DNA of 64,000 nucleotides from Mnemiopsis leidyi (Eukaryota): NCBI GenBank assembly GCA_048537945.1, contig CM108484.1, positions 18,945,034 to 19,009,033 of the forward strand, read 5' to 3'. Shown piece by piece: positions 24,920 to 34,450 of this stretch (position 1 is its first letter; each line of letters starts with the position of its first letter). The notes under the pieces were generated by a model. It saw only the letters and a program-made list of their open reading frames with translations, ran no database searches and was not told where the DNA came from. The position numbers and the translations under genes were made by a program.

Positions 24920-27178
24920 TCAAAACTTTAGGAGCAAAATGCAGGCGGCAAAATGCAGGCGGCGAAATAACAGCGGCGAAATAAGGGCGGCGAAAATTGT
25001 GGCTTTATACCTGTTATTATAATACGCCAAAAAGTCACCAAATGTCCAGTTATTGTCAACAAACATCCGCCTGAGACTCTCGTAACGGTGGACACCCACA
25101 GTCAGAACCTGGTCTACTGTCAAATGACCGTTTTGGTGGACCACTAGCTGCTCTTCAACAGACAATGTCTCGTCGGCAGTCGGTTCCAATGTGTTGCGAC
25201 CTTTTAAGGAGGAAAAGAAATCTTGGTACCGTGGAAATTGAGTAGACGCCAGCTTTCCGAGGTCATTAAAATATTCATAGGGAAAGAAGCTCTTATGTAC
25301 TGTGGCCCCGTAACCTTTTAAAAATTGATCATATGATGAACCGGCAGCTAAATAGTTGGTGACATCTAAGAACAAAAAATTTTCCGTCGAAATTGCTGAA
25401 TATGATGATCCTCTTTTTATGACATAATTGATTTCCTCAACCTGAAGGAGCACAGAGAATAGCTGTGTTCTCATAGTCGGGATATCATACTTTTGACCAC
25501 AAAATGAAAGCAGCGGCAACTGCTGTAAGTATTCCTCAAATCTATCCACCAGCTTTTCGTCATCAATTTGGTGGACGGCCTCCATGTATTCTGAAAATCT
25601 TTCCCTCATTAGCCCGCTTGAGATATCAGATATCTCAGTGACAACTTCAATAAATCGCTTGACCAACTCTTTTTCGCAACCAGTTGAAATAAGACACGTT
25701 GGTTGCTCATGACCCGGAACATTTGAACAAACAGATACACTAGCTAAAAGATGTTTGGCACTAAATTCCACTCTAGCTGAATTATCGACACCAGTATCAC
25801 GAACTAAAGCACATTCAATATCAAAACATGCTCTATACGGATAAAAGCGTAGATCAGAGGGAATGACGATACCAAAATCTTCTAACTTGTCAAAGATTGT
25901 TCTGTTTGGTTCAAAAGCACCTCCAACGTAAATATCTCGCGTGGCTGCTTCGCAAGTGGCTGAGTGCCTTCTTTGACGAAATAAAGTTGGAAACAATTTA
26001 TTGCACTTACCACAACGGAAGCTGTGAGAAAACAATTTCAAGTTCTTGATGTAGCTGAAATGTTCTTTATGAAGGTGTATGTGCATAACATTATCCTCTT
26101 TAAGGGTCCTAAATACATTTTCCGTGGCGCCATTCTCATTTTGAGAAAAGACACAGATACCGATATCAAAAATTCGAGAGGCTTCCTCCAATTCATTAAG
26201 TGAAACTCCAGAAAATTCTAAAGCCATGATCTTCGTCTCACTCAGATATCTCTCAAAAAGTTCCTTAGTCTTCCTCTCCAAAGCGTCAATGTTTGCGCCC
26301 ATAAACAGAGCTAGGCACCGAAAGAAGCAAAGCTGATCCTTGTAAGGTTTACCTCTATAGGAAACAAGACTATTTAAACCTCTGTTATTCTTAAGATAGG
26401 CCGGAAAATCATTAGCCGCACCGATGGGACACTTTAATACTTTTGTCAAGAAATAGCTGACATTAGTAATGCGTACAAATGAAAACTTTGAATTTGGGTA
26501 AGTGACATGACTTAACAGATCCAATTCATCAATTCTGCGGGCAAGTTTGCTAAGGTCTTCAAGGTTGCCCACAAAGTGCGGATCGCTGAATAAGAGCTGG
26601 TTATTTTGAGAAGCATAATAATAATGCAAGGACTGATCTTCGTTATTCCTGAGAATGAATCCTAAAGAAATCTTCAGCTTAAAGGCTGTTTTCTGATCTC
26701 GGAAAACTGCAAGTAAATGTTCCTTTATTTCCGCAATACACAGGCGATGTAACTGGTAATTGTACATTGCACTTAAGGTTCTGACCAGTCTCGATGGCTT
26801 AATATACTTCTCGTAGCTTGTATAAATCTCCCTAAAGTCCTGTTCCATAATAAAGTCCGGTACACTGAAATCATTCGAAAACTTCCACGCGGATTCTACG
26901 TGATGGGACTGTCTATAATGCTGGGCTCCGTGTTCAATATGATTTAGTAATGGATAAGACACGTGACACACACTACATTCTATAAGTTTGCAGCTTTGAG
27001 ATGCTTGATGATTAGCCATTGCAGACGGGGTGAATATAGCAATAGTCGCACCACATATGGTACACGACTCCCGACGTCGCTTTGTCAGTCGACAGCTAGG
27101 CTCAGAAGGACAGCTCCTTCCTCGTCCATCATCCTCGGCACAATTAACAGAATCACACGTGTGGTTGCGTAATTCCTC
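24920..27178 (-). CDS. Family-B DNA polymerase, main exon: Cys-rich N-terminus (C2HC FRCGKCNKLF...H...C), Exo I FDIECA, Exo II GQKYDIP
   Basis: 752-codon open frame. YRACFDIECALV fits the DxE Exo I motif and SFCGQKYDIPTM fits the Exo II YD motif. The 3' donor is unresolved: candidates at 25201 (phase 1), 25109 (phase 0) and 25011 (phase 2, strongest GTATAA). The in-frame stop is at 24920. Confidence 0.75.
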   Translation of the reverse strand, partial: EELRNHTCDSVNCAEDDGRGRSCPSEPSCRLTKRRRESCTICGATIAIFTPSAMANHQASQSCKLIECSVCHVSYPLLNHIEHGAQHYRQSHHVESAWKFSNDFSVPDFIMEQDFREIYTSYEKYIKPSRLVRTLSAMYNYQLHRLCIAEIKEHLLAVFRDQKTAFKLKISLGFILRNNEDQSLHYYYASQNNQLLFSDPHFVGNLEDLSKLARRIDELDLLSHVTYPNSKFSFVRITNVSYFLTKVLKCPIGAANDFPAYLKNNRGLNSLVSYRGKPYKDQLCFFRCLALFMGANIDALERKTKELFERYLSETKIMALEFSGVSLNELEEASRIFDIGICVFSQNENGATENVFRTLKEDNVMHIHLHKEHFSYIKNLKLFSHSFRCGKCNKLFPTLFRQRRHSATCEAATRDIYVGGAFEPNRTIFDKLEDFGIVIPSDLRFYPYRACFDIECALVRDTGVDNSARVEFSAKHLLASVSVCSNVPGHEQPTCLISTGCEKELVKRFIEVVTEISDISSGLMRERFSEYMEAVHQIDDEKLVDRFEEYLQQLPLLSFCGQKYDIPTMRTQLFSVLLQVEEINYVIKRGSSYSAISTENFLFLDVTNYLAAGSSYDQFLKGYGATVHKSFFPYEYFNDLGKLASTQFPRYQDFFSSLKGRNTLEPTADETLSVEEQLVVHQNGHLTVDQVLTVGVHRYESLRRMFVDNNWTFGDFLAYYNNRYKATIFAALISPLLFRRLHFAACILLLKF

Positions 27179-27336
27179 CTGTTTTAAATTATAAAACTAC
27201 AGTTAAGATTGTGTTGTTGCTCTGAAAAGCATTCCTTCATTTAGAATGTAACAATGCACAATAAGACAGGGCCATTAATTTTAGCACTCTGTATAAATTT
27301 CACTTATCTATTTCGCTAATAAATCGATTGCCTTAC

Positions 27337-27507
27337 CTCAGAGTACACCTTTAAGTCGCACTTCCTACATCGAGCTACTGTACGCCTGGTGTGATGATTC
27401 AGGCTGTCTTCATTAGATGGCCCGGGTAAGTCTTGAAGAAGACCCGGGTTCACTAATACTGTGAGTATAAACAAAATTAGCGACTTAGATAACAGAAATC
27501 TTCCCAT
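27337..27507 (-). CDS. polB gene candidate exon 1 (MGRFLLSKSLILFILTVLVNPGLLQ...CRKCDLKVYSE; signal-peptide-like N-terminus)
   Basis: ATG at 27507. GAG|GTAAGG donor at 27336, phase 0. Phase-compatible with the aaaacag acceptor at 27179-27180 (exon 2 starts 27178). The frame is open for 53 codons upstream of the internal ATG at 27019. Confidence 0.5.
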
Positions 27508-27771
27508 GACAAAATTGAAACGTAAAATAATGAATAAAACTACCCCATTCTTTTTTCAGCTTTCAACTTTAAATTTGTTCTTTAAGGTGAACTATTTTTA
27601 TGGCAATATTTTAATTTCAGAGCCAGCAACACGATATACCAGTTTCATGGCTGCTGGTGAGTTAATATATTAAGTTAAGGAATCAATTAATATGATTGTT
27701 CAGTAAAGATATCTAGAATATATGTTTTAAGTAAATCAAATATTGTAAATGCATGACGTGGTTAAATTTAG

Positions 27772-28415
27772 GTATCACGGATGCCCTACATGCAAACCAG
27801 ACAATCGTGACGTCAAGGTCGGAGGGAGGACACTTAATGAGAAATATAAGCAGACAGAAGAGACCAGCAAGTACCTACGTAGTCTCGGATATCAGCTTGT
27901 GGAGATGTGGGAGTGTTCCTGGTCTCAACACAAGAGAGATCACGTGCCCCATAACAGCTACGTCTACCCTACAGAATATCGGTATAGGATGTCACAAGAT
28001 CAGATCTTGTCCGCTATTTTAGATGGAAGGATTTTTGGTGCAGTTCAGTGTGATGTTCGAGTTCCTGAAAACCTCAAATCTCACTTTGGTGAGATGCCGC
28101 CGGTATTTAAAAATACCACTGTCACCGAGAATGATATTGGCGACCATATGACTGACTTTCTCAGTTCTACTGGGAAGTCTTTCAAACCCACCCGATATCT
28201 TATCGGGTCAATGTGGGGTGAAAAAATTTTAATGATTACCCCATTATTGACTTGGTATATTCAACACGGCCTTGAGGTGTCCAGAATTCATCAGATCATT
28301 GAATTTGCACCAAAAAACTGTTTCAAAGCGTTCGCTGATCGCGTGTCAAACGACCGTAGAGCTGGGGATACTGATCCGGCATTGAAAATCGTTGCTGAGA
28401 CCAGTAAATTAATTG
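27772..28415 (+). pseudogene. Orphan inverted copy of polB exon 5 in the right TIR
   Basis: Identical to rc(23174-23817). No upstream polB exons on this strand. Confidence 0.7.
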
Positions 28416-28559
28416 GTAAGTCTCGCAAAATCTTAAATTACTGGTTTTCTGTTTTGTTGATTATATTCGCGTTTTCGAAGTGTTGCTCAAGAAATGAAAG
28501 TAATGACGTCAAGGAACTAGCAACAAAAACATTCTTTTAACATAAGACTTGTATCCCAG

Positions 28560-28699
28560 GCAATTCATTTTACGGGTACAGCATCATGAACAAGTCTCGA
28601 CACGTGGATGTTAAGATTGTCGACGTGGAAGCGGCATCGGACCTTGTAAACAGTCCAAGATTTTCAACATTGGATGAACTGTCGGATACCTGCTTCGAG
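28560..28699 (+). pseudogene. Orphan inverted copy of polB exon 6 (motif B) in the right TIR
   Basis: Identical to rc(22890-23029). Confidence 0.7.
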
Positions 28700-30065
28700 G
28701 TAATTATAATTGTCGCAATGATTTCCAGTGTACCCTTGTTGAGCGATCTATTCAATAATTTGGGCAAGCAACTCATCTTGTACATTCTATCGACATCAAT
28801 TTCAGGTAACTTCTAAGAAGAAATCAATACGACACAATTTGCCAATACAGATTGGTTTCTTTGTATACTCCTATGCTAAGCTACGAATGTTAGCGTTTTA
28901 TTTTGACGTCCTTGTCCGATACATCCCTCGTCCTCTGTTTTCGTTATGTGAAATGGACACAGGTTTGTCAGATTACGATATTTTATTCAAATATGATGCG
29001 GAAAATAAAGAATTTGCTTAAAGTTGAAAAACGGTCTTCTTCTTCATTTTGCGTTTTTTGCGCGCGAAACGATTTATTGGAGTATAAAGCACATCACTTA
29101 CAAGCGCATTAGCGCGCCGCGCGCGCGCGGCTTTAGTTAACAACCTGCTCGGCTTTTTGACAATTTCTACGGTTCTACACCGTGTGACAGCCTTAGTGAC
29201 AGTCAAACGACGATAAATGCTATAAATTATCCACAGATTCACTGTACATGGCTCTGGCAGCGGAAACTCTGGACGAGTTAGTGACAAGTGACCTCAAATC
29301 GGAGTGGTTGGTAGCAAAAAGCCATTGGTTTCCCAGGTCTGATACAGCTGAGAATGCCGCCTATGATAAACGTACACCGGGTGAGTGTAATATGTAATAT
29401 GTCACATCTAATAATACTGATATTCAATCGCTTCCGTTCAAGTTAATGTATAATCTTGATTCTTTGTTTTCCGTCTGATACCGATTTAATGATCAAATAA
29501 CGGCACCATGATTATTCTATCAATGGAATAATGTATGATTATTTCCAGGTCTCTTTAAGATTGAGTGGAGCGGTGGCGGATTTGTTGGTCTTGCAGCGAA
29601 GACATACTTTTGTTTCAATCCCGACAACAGACAGAAAGAAAAGTGTTCCACTAAAGGGATAAACAAAGCCGCGAAAATCTCCATCGATCACTTCCGCTCC
29701 GTTTTACACACAAAACAAAGCGTGAGCTCGACGAACCGAGGATTCATACTCAAGGACAATAATATGTTGAGTTATGCGATGGAAAGAAGCGGGTTATCAT
29801 ATTTCTATTGCAAACGCAAGGTCCTTAACGACGGTATAAGCACTACATACTTAGATATTTAGCTTAAAATATTTTGCGTTTGTGTTGTTGTTATTGTATT
29901 GCTATTGTTAAGATACTGTTTAATAGTTTTCTTACTTTTATTGTGTTTTAAATTATTGTCGAAATATTATTTATATTGGAATAATGTAGATCTTGTAATT
30001 CAATTTGTGTCATTGTTCGAACTGTCGAATTGAATAGTGCAATGTACCTTGTGCTCAAAGGAAAA

Positions 30066-30093
30066 AATTTAAGCCGCGCGCGGCTTAAATTTG
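30066..30093. other. Perfect 28-bp hairpin palindrome in the right TIR (mirror of 21494-21523)
   Basis: Direct reading of the sequence. Confidence 0.9.
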
Positions 30094-30194
30094 ACCCAAA
30101 AGTGCTAACGTATCAAGCTCCTCGTGATATTCGTCACATGACATTCTGATCACGTTACCTCGAAATTGAGCCAACTGCTGAAGGTCTAAAGCTC

Positions 30195-30242
30195 TATATA
30201 AATCACGTGACAAAAGTCACGAGACACATCTTAGCCAATAAA
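30195..30242 (+). promoter_or_regulatory. TATATAAA box adjacent to a CACGTG E-box, followed by CCAATAAA, ~130-170 bp inside the TIR tip; mirrored in the left arm near 21345-21390
   Basis: Sequence motifs only. Could be an outward-reading promoter or the polyadenylation signal (AATAAA at 30237) of the polB transcript. Confidence 0.3.
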
Positions 30243-30748
30243 CGGCCTTAAATCCTCGTGACAGCGAGCGTAAAACCAATCAGATTGCTTTATTTTACCC
30301 CTTCTGACAAGTGTGCAGGATATATAGGCAATCGATGGTCAGAACGACAAACAATACTACTCCCGTACGGTATATTATTACGCGCAGGTGTCATCGGTGC
30401 GGCTCGCCGATCCGGGACGTCCGGTGACAAGCTGGTCAGCATATATGACCTCCATATCTGAAAGCAGGTTGGGGGCACTACGGAAAGCTTAGAAGCTTCC
30501 GTCCACTACTACTACTACTACTTACCCCAGTACGACAAGCAAAATCTAAACACATGTGAACGCAGTATAGAGTTGCAACTTGTCTAAGGCATTTCTCAAT
30601 TTCTTATCAGCGTGTGTACTTTTAATCACCTTATCTATATGAGATCATTTCATGTGCTCAATTTAGTGTCTATCGATTTGTGTGAATTTTTATATGACTT
30701 TTGATTACGTTTTAAGATTCCTAATAATTTTGCAATTTTGATACCGTT

Positions 30749-31036
30749 AATTTTCCATATTTATTGCTAATTGATTGCTACTTTGAAAAAGTTTGATTGA
30801 TTCATTCATTTCAACTTCGTTGCAGATATTTTATTGTTAGATCGTTAAAAATGAATAAGATTGAATATTGTTTGATGATGTTATGGTTTGCACATTTAAT
30901 TTTGAGTAATATGTTAAATTTTGAACTTGACAATTTTTATAGTGTGATCATGTCCTACGCTTAAAGGATGAAACGTTATTTAATCTTCATACTGACGAGA
31001 TGGTATCACTTGTACTCAACTTAGTCATAAAATTTG
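30749..31036. repeat. Intact inverted paralogue (B'A') of the repeat that hosts the 14202-15626 foldback; serves as the empty site
   Basis: rc(15635-15815) joins directly to rc(14080-14193) with a single CAATTTTT at the junction. Confidence 0.85.
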
Positions 31037-31615
31037 TCATTCTATGCCTATTTCCTCTAAATGAATAACTTCTTATTATTTTATCTACTGAATACCATTT
31101 TTTTACTGAAACTTCAAAAGCAGTTTTCACGCTATGGATGAAGATCTCTAAATACCTTTTTATGAAACTTGTAACTGGTTGCTATCCAAGGATTTAGTAT
31201 TGTTCTTGTTTGAAATTTGTTATTGCTTGTTTATGAAGGAATAACAATTGTGCTTGTCGAATTTCTCTGCTTGCTCTCCAAAGTGCCAGATGGGTTGCAT
31301 CATGGTGTAGTGGTTTTGTTTTTTATCTCCCAAGCAGCAGGCCAAGGTAAAAATCCCAGCTGTGGCAGATCAGCCAGTCACCAGGCTGTGCCTGGGATAG
31401 CTTTGGCTGAAAATACACACTCCCCAGAGCATAAGATTAACCCCCAAAAGCTAGTTTAGTGCCTTTGTATGAAATGGCTTAGGGTGACAGAAAAGCAGAT
31501 GAGCACCTCAGGTGCAACTAGCAAAATCGCGAGTTTGGTTTAATAACTTCACTATATATTTAGATTTTTCAGCCACATTTTCACAAATAGCTCCCAGTAA
31601 TCCCTTATACAAGGG

Positions 31616-34450
31616 GAATTAAACATGGAATTAAACATGGAATGGAATTAAACATGGAATTAAACATGAAATTTGTCAAGGAAGGGCACTAACAGTTAAC
31701 ACCCTCGTCTTGACTATACAAGAATGAATTTTAAATAGTTGAAAAGATAGTATGGGAAATAATTCAAATAAAGAATAAATCAATTATCTCAAACAAAAAT
31801 CAATTATGAATTATGTCAAGGTGTGGCCTTAAAGTGCCAAAAATGTCAAAATTTAAAATTTAAGCTCCTTTACATAGGGTCATGAATAGAAAACAAGTGC
31901 TATTATAATAATTTACTATTAAAAGGGCAGCGTGAAAGAGATTTACTATAATCGTGTCTTAACACCAAGAGTTCAAATAAGACTGATGTGGTGATCAGGT
32001 AAGATAAAAGATGAGAGAGGAAGGTGGTTTCACTACCGGATTCTTGTGCGGAAGCAGTTTGTTAGGTATCTTCCAAATTCCTCGGCATGGTGCGATGCCA
32101 TGATGACCCCGTATTCTTTGAGCATTATCAGGCTCTTGAGATTGTCTGACAGATTGAGTCGATGGGAGTTGTATAGGGGGCACTCATTGATCACGTGTTC
32201 TTCTGATTCGATTATTGGAGTTTCGAAGAAGGGAAGGGCCTCAAATGCTTCTAATGTGTTGTCGTCAGTGGTGCAGCAGAACTTACAGACTTTGAAAGAA
32301 ACACTTTTCTTGTTGTACCTGCTGGTTTCCACCCGAAGATCATGACTACTTGACCGAAGCTTTGCAATATTCTGTCTGTGGGTCCTGTTTTGTAGTTGGA
32401 GGTACGGCTCCTCTCCAAAGTCGAACTTAATCTTTGAATAAAATGACATCTTCGATTGTTGCTTAAGTTCGTCCTTCCAGTGGGTCGTAAAGAGATGTGA
32501 GTAATATTTTTGGGCAGCAACTGTCGGGGGGAGGTTAGGCATAGCTGTGGAGCTCTCATTCACAAGTTGAGACCAGGTTTTGTACCAGGTGAGCTTCAGT
32601 CGTTTTTGCTCACTAAAGGTATGGTGGAGGAGACTGTTGACGTCCCCGTCTACCGCCTGAGATGCCCGCAAGAAGTAAGATATGCACTGTGGGAGAACTG
32701 ATATAGCTAGAGGCGTTCTTCCCGTATCTCCGTAACAGAAGTTATTGTTCGTTCTACGATGAACGCCAAGAATCCATTTGAGCATTCTCAGATGAGTCAC
32801 TTCTAGAGGATCCTTCGCACCAGCTTTAGGCAGGGTTTTCCGGCTGTCTGGAGTATTAGTAACGATTGTTTTAATCAAGCTGGTTGATGGTAGCCAGACT
32901 GGACAGCCGTACGTAGCAACTGGTTTTACCAGAGAGTCGATAAGTTTCAGGAGCGTACTAGTTGTTAATGCGCTGGAGTCTATGATGCGTCTTATTGAGA
33001 AATATGAGCGCAATGCTTTTTTTCTTAATTCCTCTGTGGCCTGTTTAAAGGATCCATTCAGAGAGAACTGTATCCCGAGGTAGCAGTAATTCCTCACGGG
33101 TTCGATGTCGAGGTTCCCAAGTTTGAAGCCGTGTGCGCATTGAAGGAGCCGAGATGAGGAGTTGAACACCATCACGTTGGTCTTGCTGATGTTAACCGAC
33201 AGCTCCCATGTTTCGGCATATTCGTTAAGACGGTCTAGGAGAAGTTGAAGGCTCTTCGCGTCCAAAGCTAAGAGAACTAAGTCGTCGGCCCAGAGAAGAT
33301 GACTCACTTTAAGCCCGTTAAGAAGAGGGGCGTCCAGATCGTCGATTCCTGCGAGGTTAACTGATAGCTCGTGGATAAAGATCTTGAAAAGCTCTGGTGA
33401 CATCGGGTGCCCCTGTTCGGTGCCAATGGTCACATCGATGGCCGCTGAAAGTTTCTGTATTAGCTTGATTCGTGTAGATGAGTTGCGGTACATATGATTA
33501 ATGCAGCGGAAGAAGTTTCCTTCTATTCCCATCTTGCTGAGTTTGTAAAGGAGGGCATCCCTGCAGACGCTATCAAAAGCTTTTCTGTAGTCAACGAAAC
33601 AGGTGAAGAGTCTTTTTTTGCCTTTCACGACATATTTCTCAATTATAGTGCTGAGAGTTAGGATGTGATCGTTACATTGAGCCCCCCTTCTGAATCCCAA
33701 TTGATATGGGAGGTCTGGACAGGCTACCTCTCTGAATGACATGAGCCGCTTGAGTAGCAGACTTGAAAAGAGCTTGCCTAGACAGCTTCCAACTGTGATG
33801 GCCCTGTAGTTGTCAGGATTCGATCTATCGCCCTTCTTGTGTAGTGGAGTTGTCAGGGACCCGTTCCAAGGGTATGTACCATGATTAAGGCAAGCATTAA
33901 AAAGCTTTTGTAGGAGTTCAAGGAGGTGTTTGTTTGAGTTTTTGAGCATCTCGTTGCAAATGAGGTCCTCTGCAACACTTTTCTTGTTTTGTAACTTTTT
34001 AATGGTTACAGTGAGTTCCTCTAGCGTGAAGTCTTCGTTGAGAGCGTGTAATAGATCATGCTCACGGGAGTGTTGTGATCTAACGTCGTTGTCGATAATA
34101 GATGGGTGATCTTTGCAACATTGGCGATTGTAAAGATCGCTGAAGAACTTCTGGAAGAGTAACAGATCATAGATATCGAAGGGCTCCTCATCTTTATAGT
34201 TGGCTGACAGTTGTTTTAATGCGGACCAATTAATTGTATCTGCCCCATTGATCTTGTTATTCATTTCATGGAGGAACGCATGTTTTTTTCGTCTTTTGAT
34301 GGTGCGATATTCCTTTTTTTTGAGAAAGTGCTGCTCGCGTAGAAAGGTGCTGTAGGGATTGTTATTCGCATTTCTGGGGGGTGCCAATTGAGGGCCAATT
34401 GAGGGCCAATTGAGGGCCAATTGAGGGCCAATTGAGGGCCAATTGAGGGC
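31616..34450 (-). mobile_element. 5'-truncated non-LTR retrotransposon (LINE; CR1/L2-like organisation)
   Basis: RT ORF without an upstream endonuclease domain. The 3' end carries (ATGTTTAATTCC)n at 31616-31668. The 5' end is capped by (GGCCAATTGAGG)6 at 34383-34450. Confidence 0.8.
32033..34420 (-). CDS. LINE ORF2 reverse transcriptase (…YRAITVGSCLGKLFS…, FADD box LWADDLVLLA, C-terminal CX2C…HX4C)
   Basis: 795-codon ORF. RT motifs are readable. The apurinic endonuclease domain is missing. Confidence 0.85.
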   Translation of the reverse strand: MALNWPSIGPQLAPPRNANNNPYSTFLREQHFLKKKEYRTIKRRKKHAFLHEMNNKINGADTINWSALKQLSANYKDEEPFDIYDLLLFQKFFSDLYNRQCCKDHPSIIDNDVRSQHSREHDLLHALNEDFTLEELTVTIKKLQNKKSVAEDLICNEMLKNSNKHLLELLQKLFNACLNHGTYPWNGSLTTPLHKKGDRSNPDNYRAITVGSCLGKLFSSLLLKRLMSFREVACPDLPYQLGFRRGAQCNDHILTLSTIIEKYVVKGKKRLFTCFVDYRKAFDSVCRDALLYKLSKMGIEGNFFRCINHMYRNSSTRIKLIQKLSAAIDVTIGTEQGHPMSPELFKIFIHELSVNLAGIDDLDAPLLNGLKVSHLLWADDLVLLALDAKSLQLLLDRLNEYAETWELSVNISKTNVMVFNSSSRLLQCAHGFKLGNLDIEPVRNYCYLGIQFSLNGSFKQATEELRKKALRSYFSIRRIIDSSALTTSTLLKLIDSLVKPVATYGCPVWLPSTSLIKTIVTNTPDSRKTLPKAGAKDPLEVTHLRMLKWILGVHRRTNNNFCYGDTGRTPLAISVLPQCISYFLRASQAVDGDVNSLLHHTFSEQKRLKLTWYKTWSQLVNESSTAMPNLPPTVAAQKYYSHLFTTHWKDELKQQSKMSFYSKIKFDFGEEPYLQLQNRTHRQNIAKLRSSSHDLRVETSRYNKKSVSFKVCKFCCTTDDNTLEAFEALPFFETPIIESEEHVINECPLYNSHRLNLSDNLKSLIMLKEYGVIMASHHAEEFGRYLTNCFRTRIR

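Larger units (their letters stand above)
21224..30361. mobile_element. 9.1-kb unit: family-B DNA polymerase gene flanked by 2.8-kb terminal inverted repeats (candidate Polinton/Maverick-related or novel self-replicating element)
   Basis: 21224-24043 is the reverse complement of 27547-30361. The encoded ORFs are identical in every arm pair (for example 23049-23840 with 27749-28540). The arms differ only by 2-bp slippage in two (GC)n tracts. Confidence 0.8.
27547..30361. repeat. Right terminal inverted repeat (2815 bp)
   Basis: Matches rc(21224-24043). Confidence 0.9.

Noticed and set aside
24920-24922. The stop codon ending the 700-codon core ORF was at first taken as the end of the polymerase gene
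   Set aside because: Exo motifs without Pol motifs would be incomplete. Motifs A and B are found in downstream exons joined by phase-consistent GT-AG introns, so the stop is intronic.
31285-31460. tRNA-like A-box (TGGTGTAGTGGTT) and a weak B-box suggested a tRNA-derived SINE
   Set aside because: The segment is contiguous with the LINE RT ORF stop (32033) and its 12-bp tandem tail (31616-31668) on the minus strand. It is most simply the LINE 3' UTR. No tRNA cloverleaf and no intact GTTCGAATC B-box are present.
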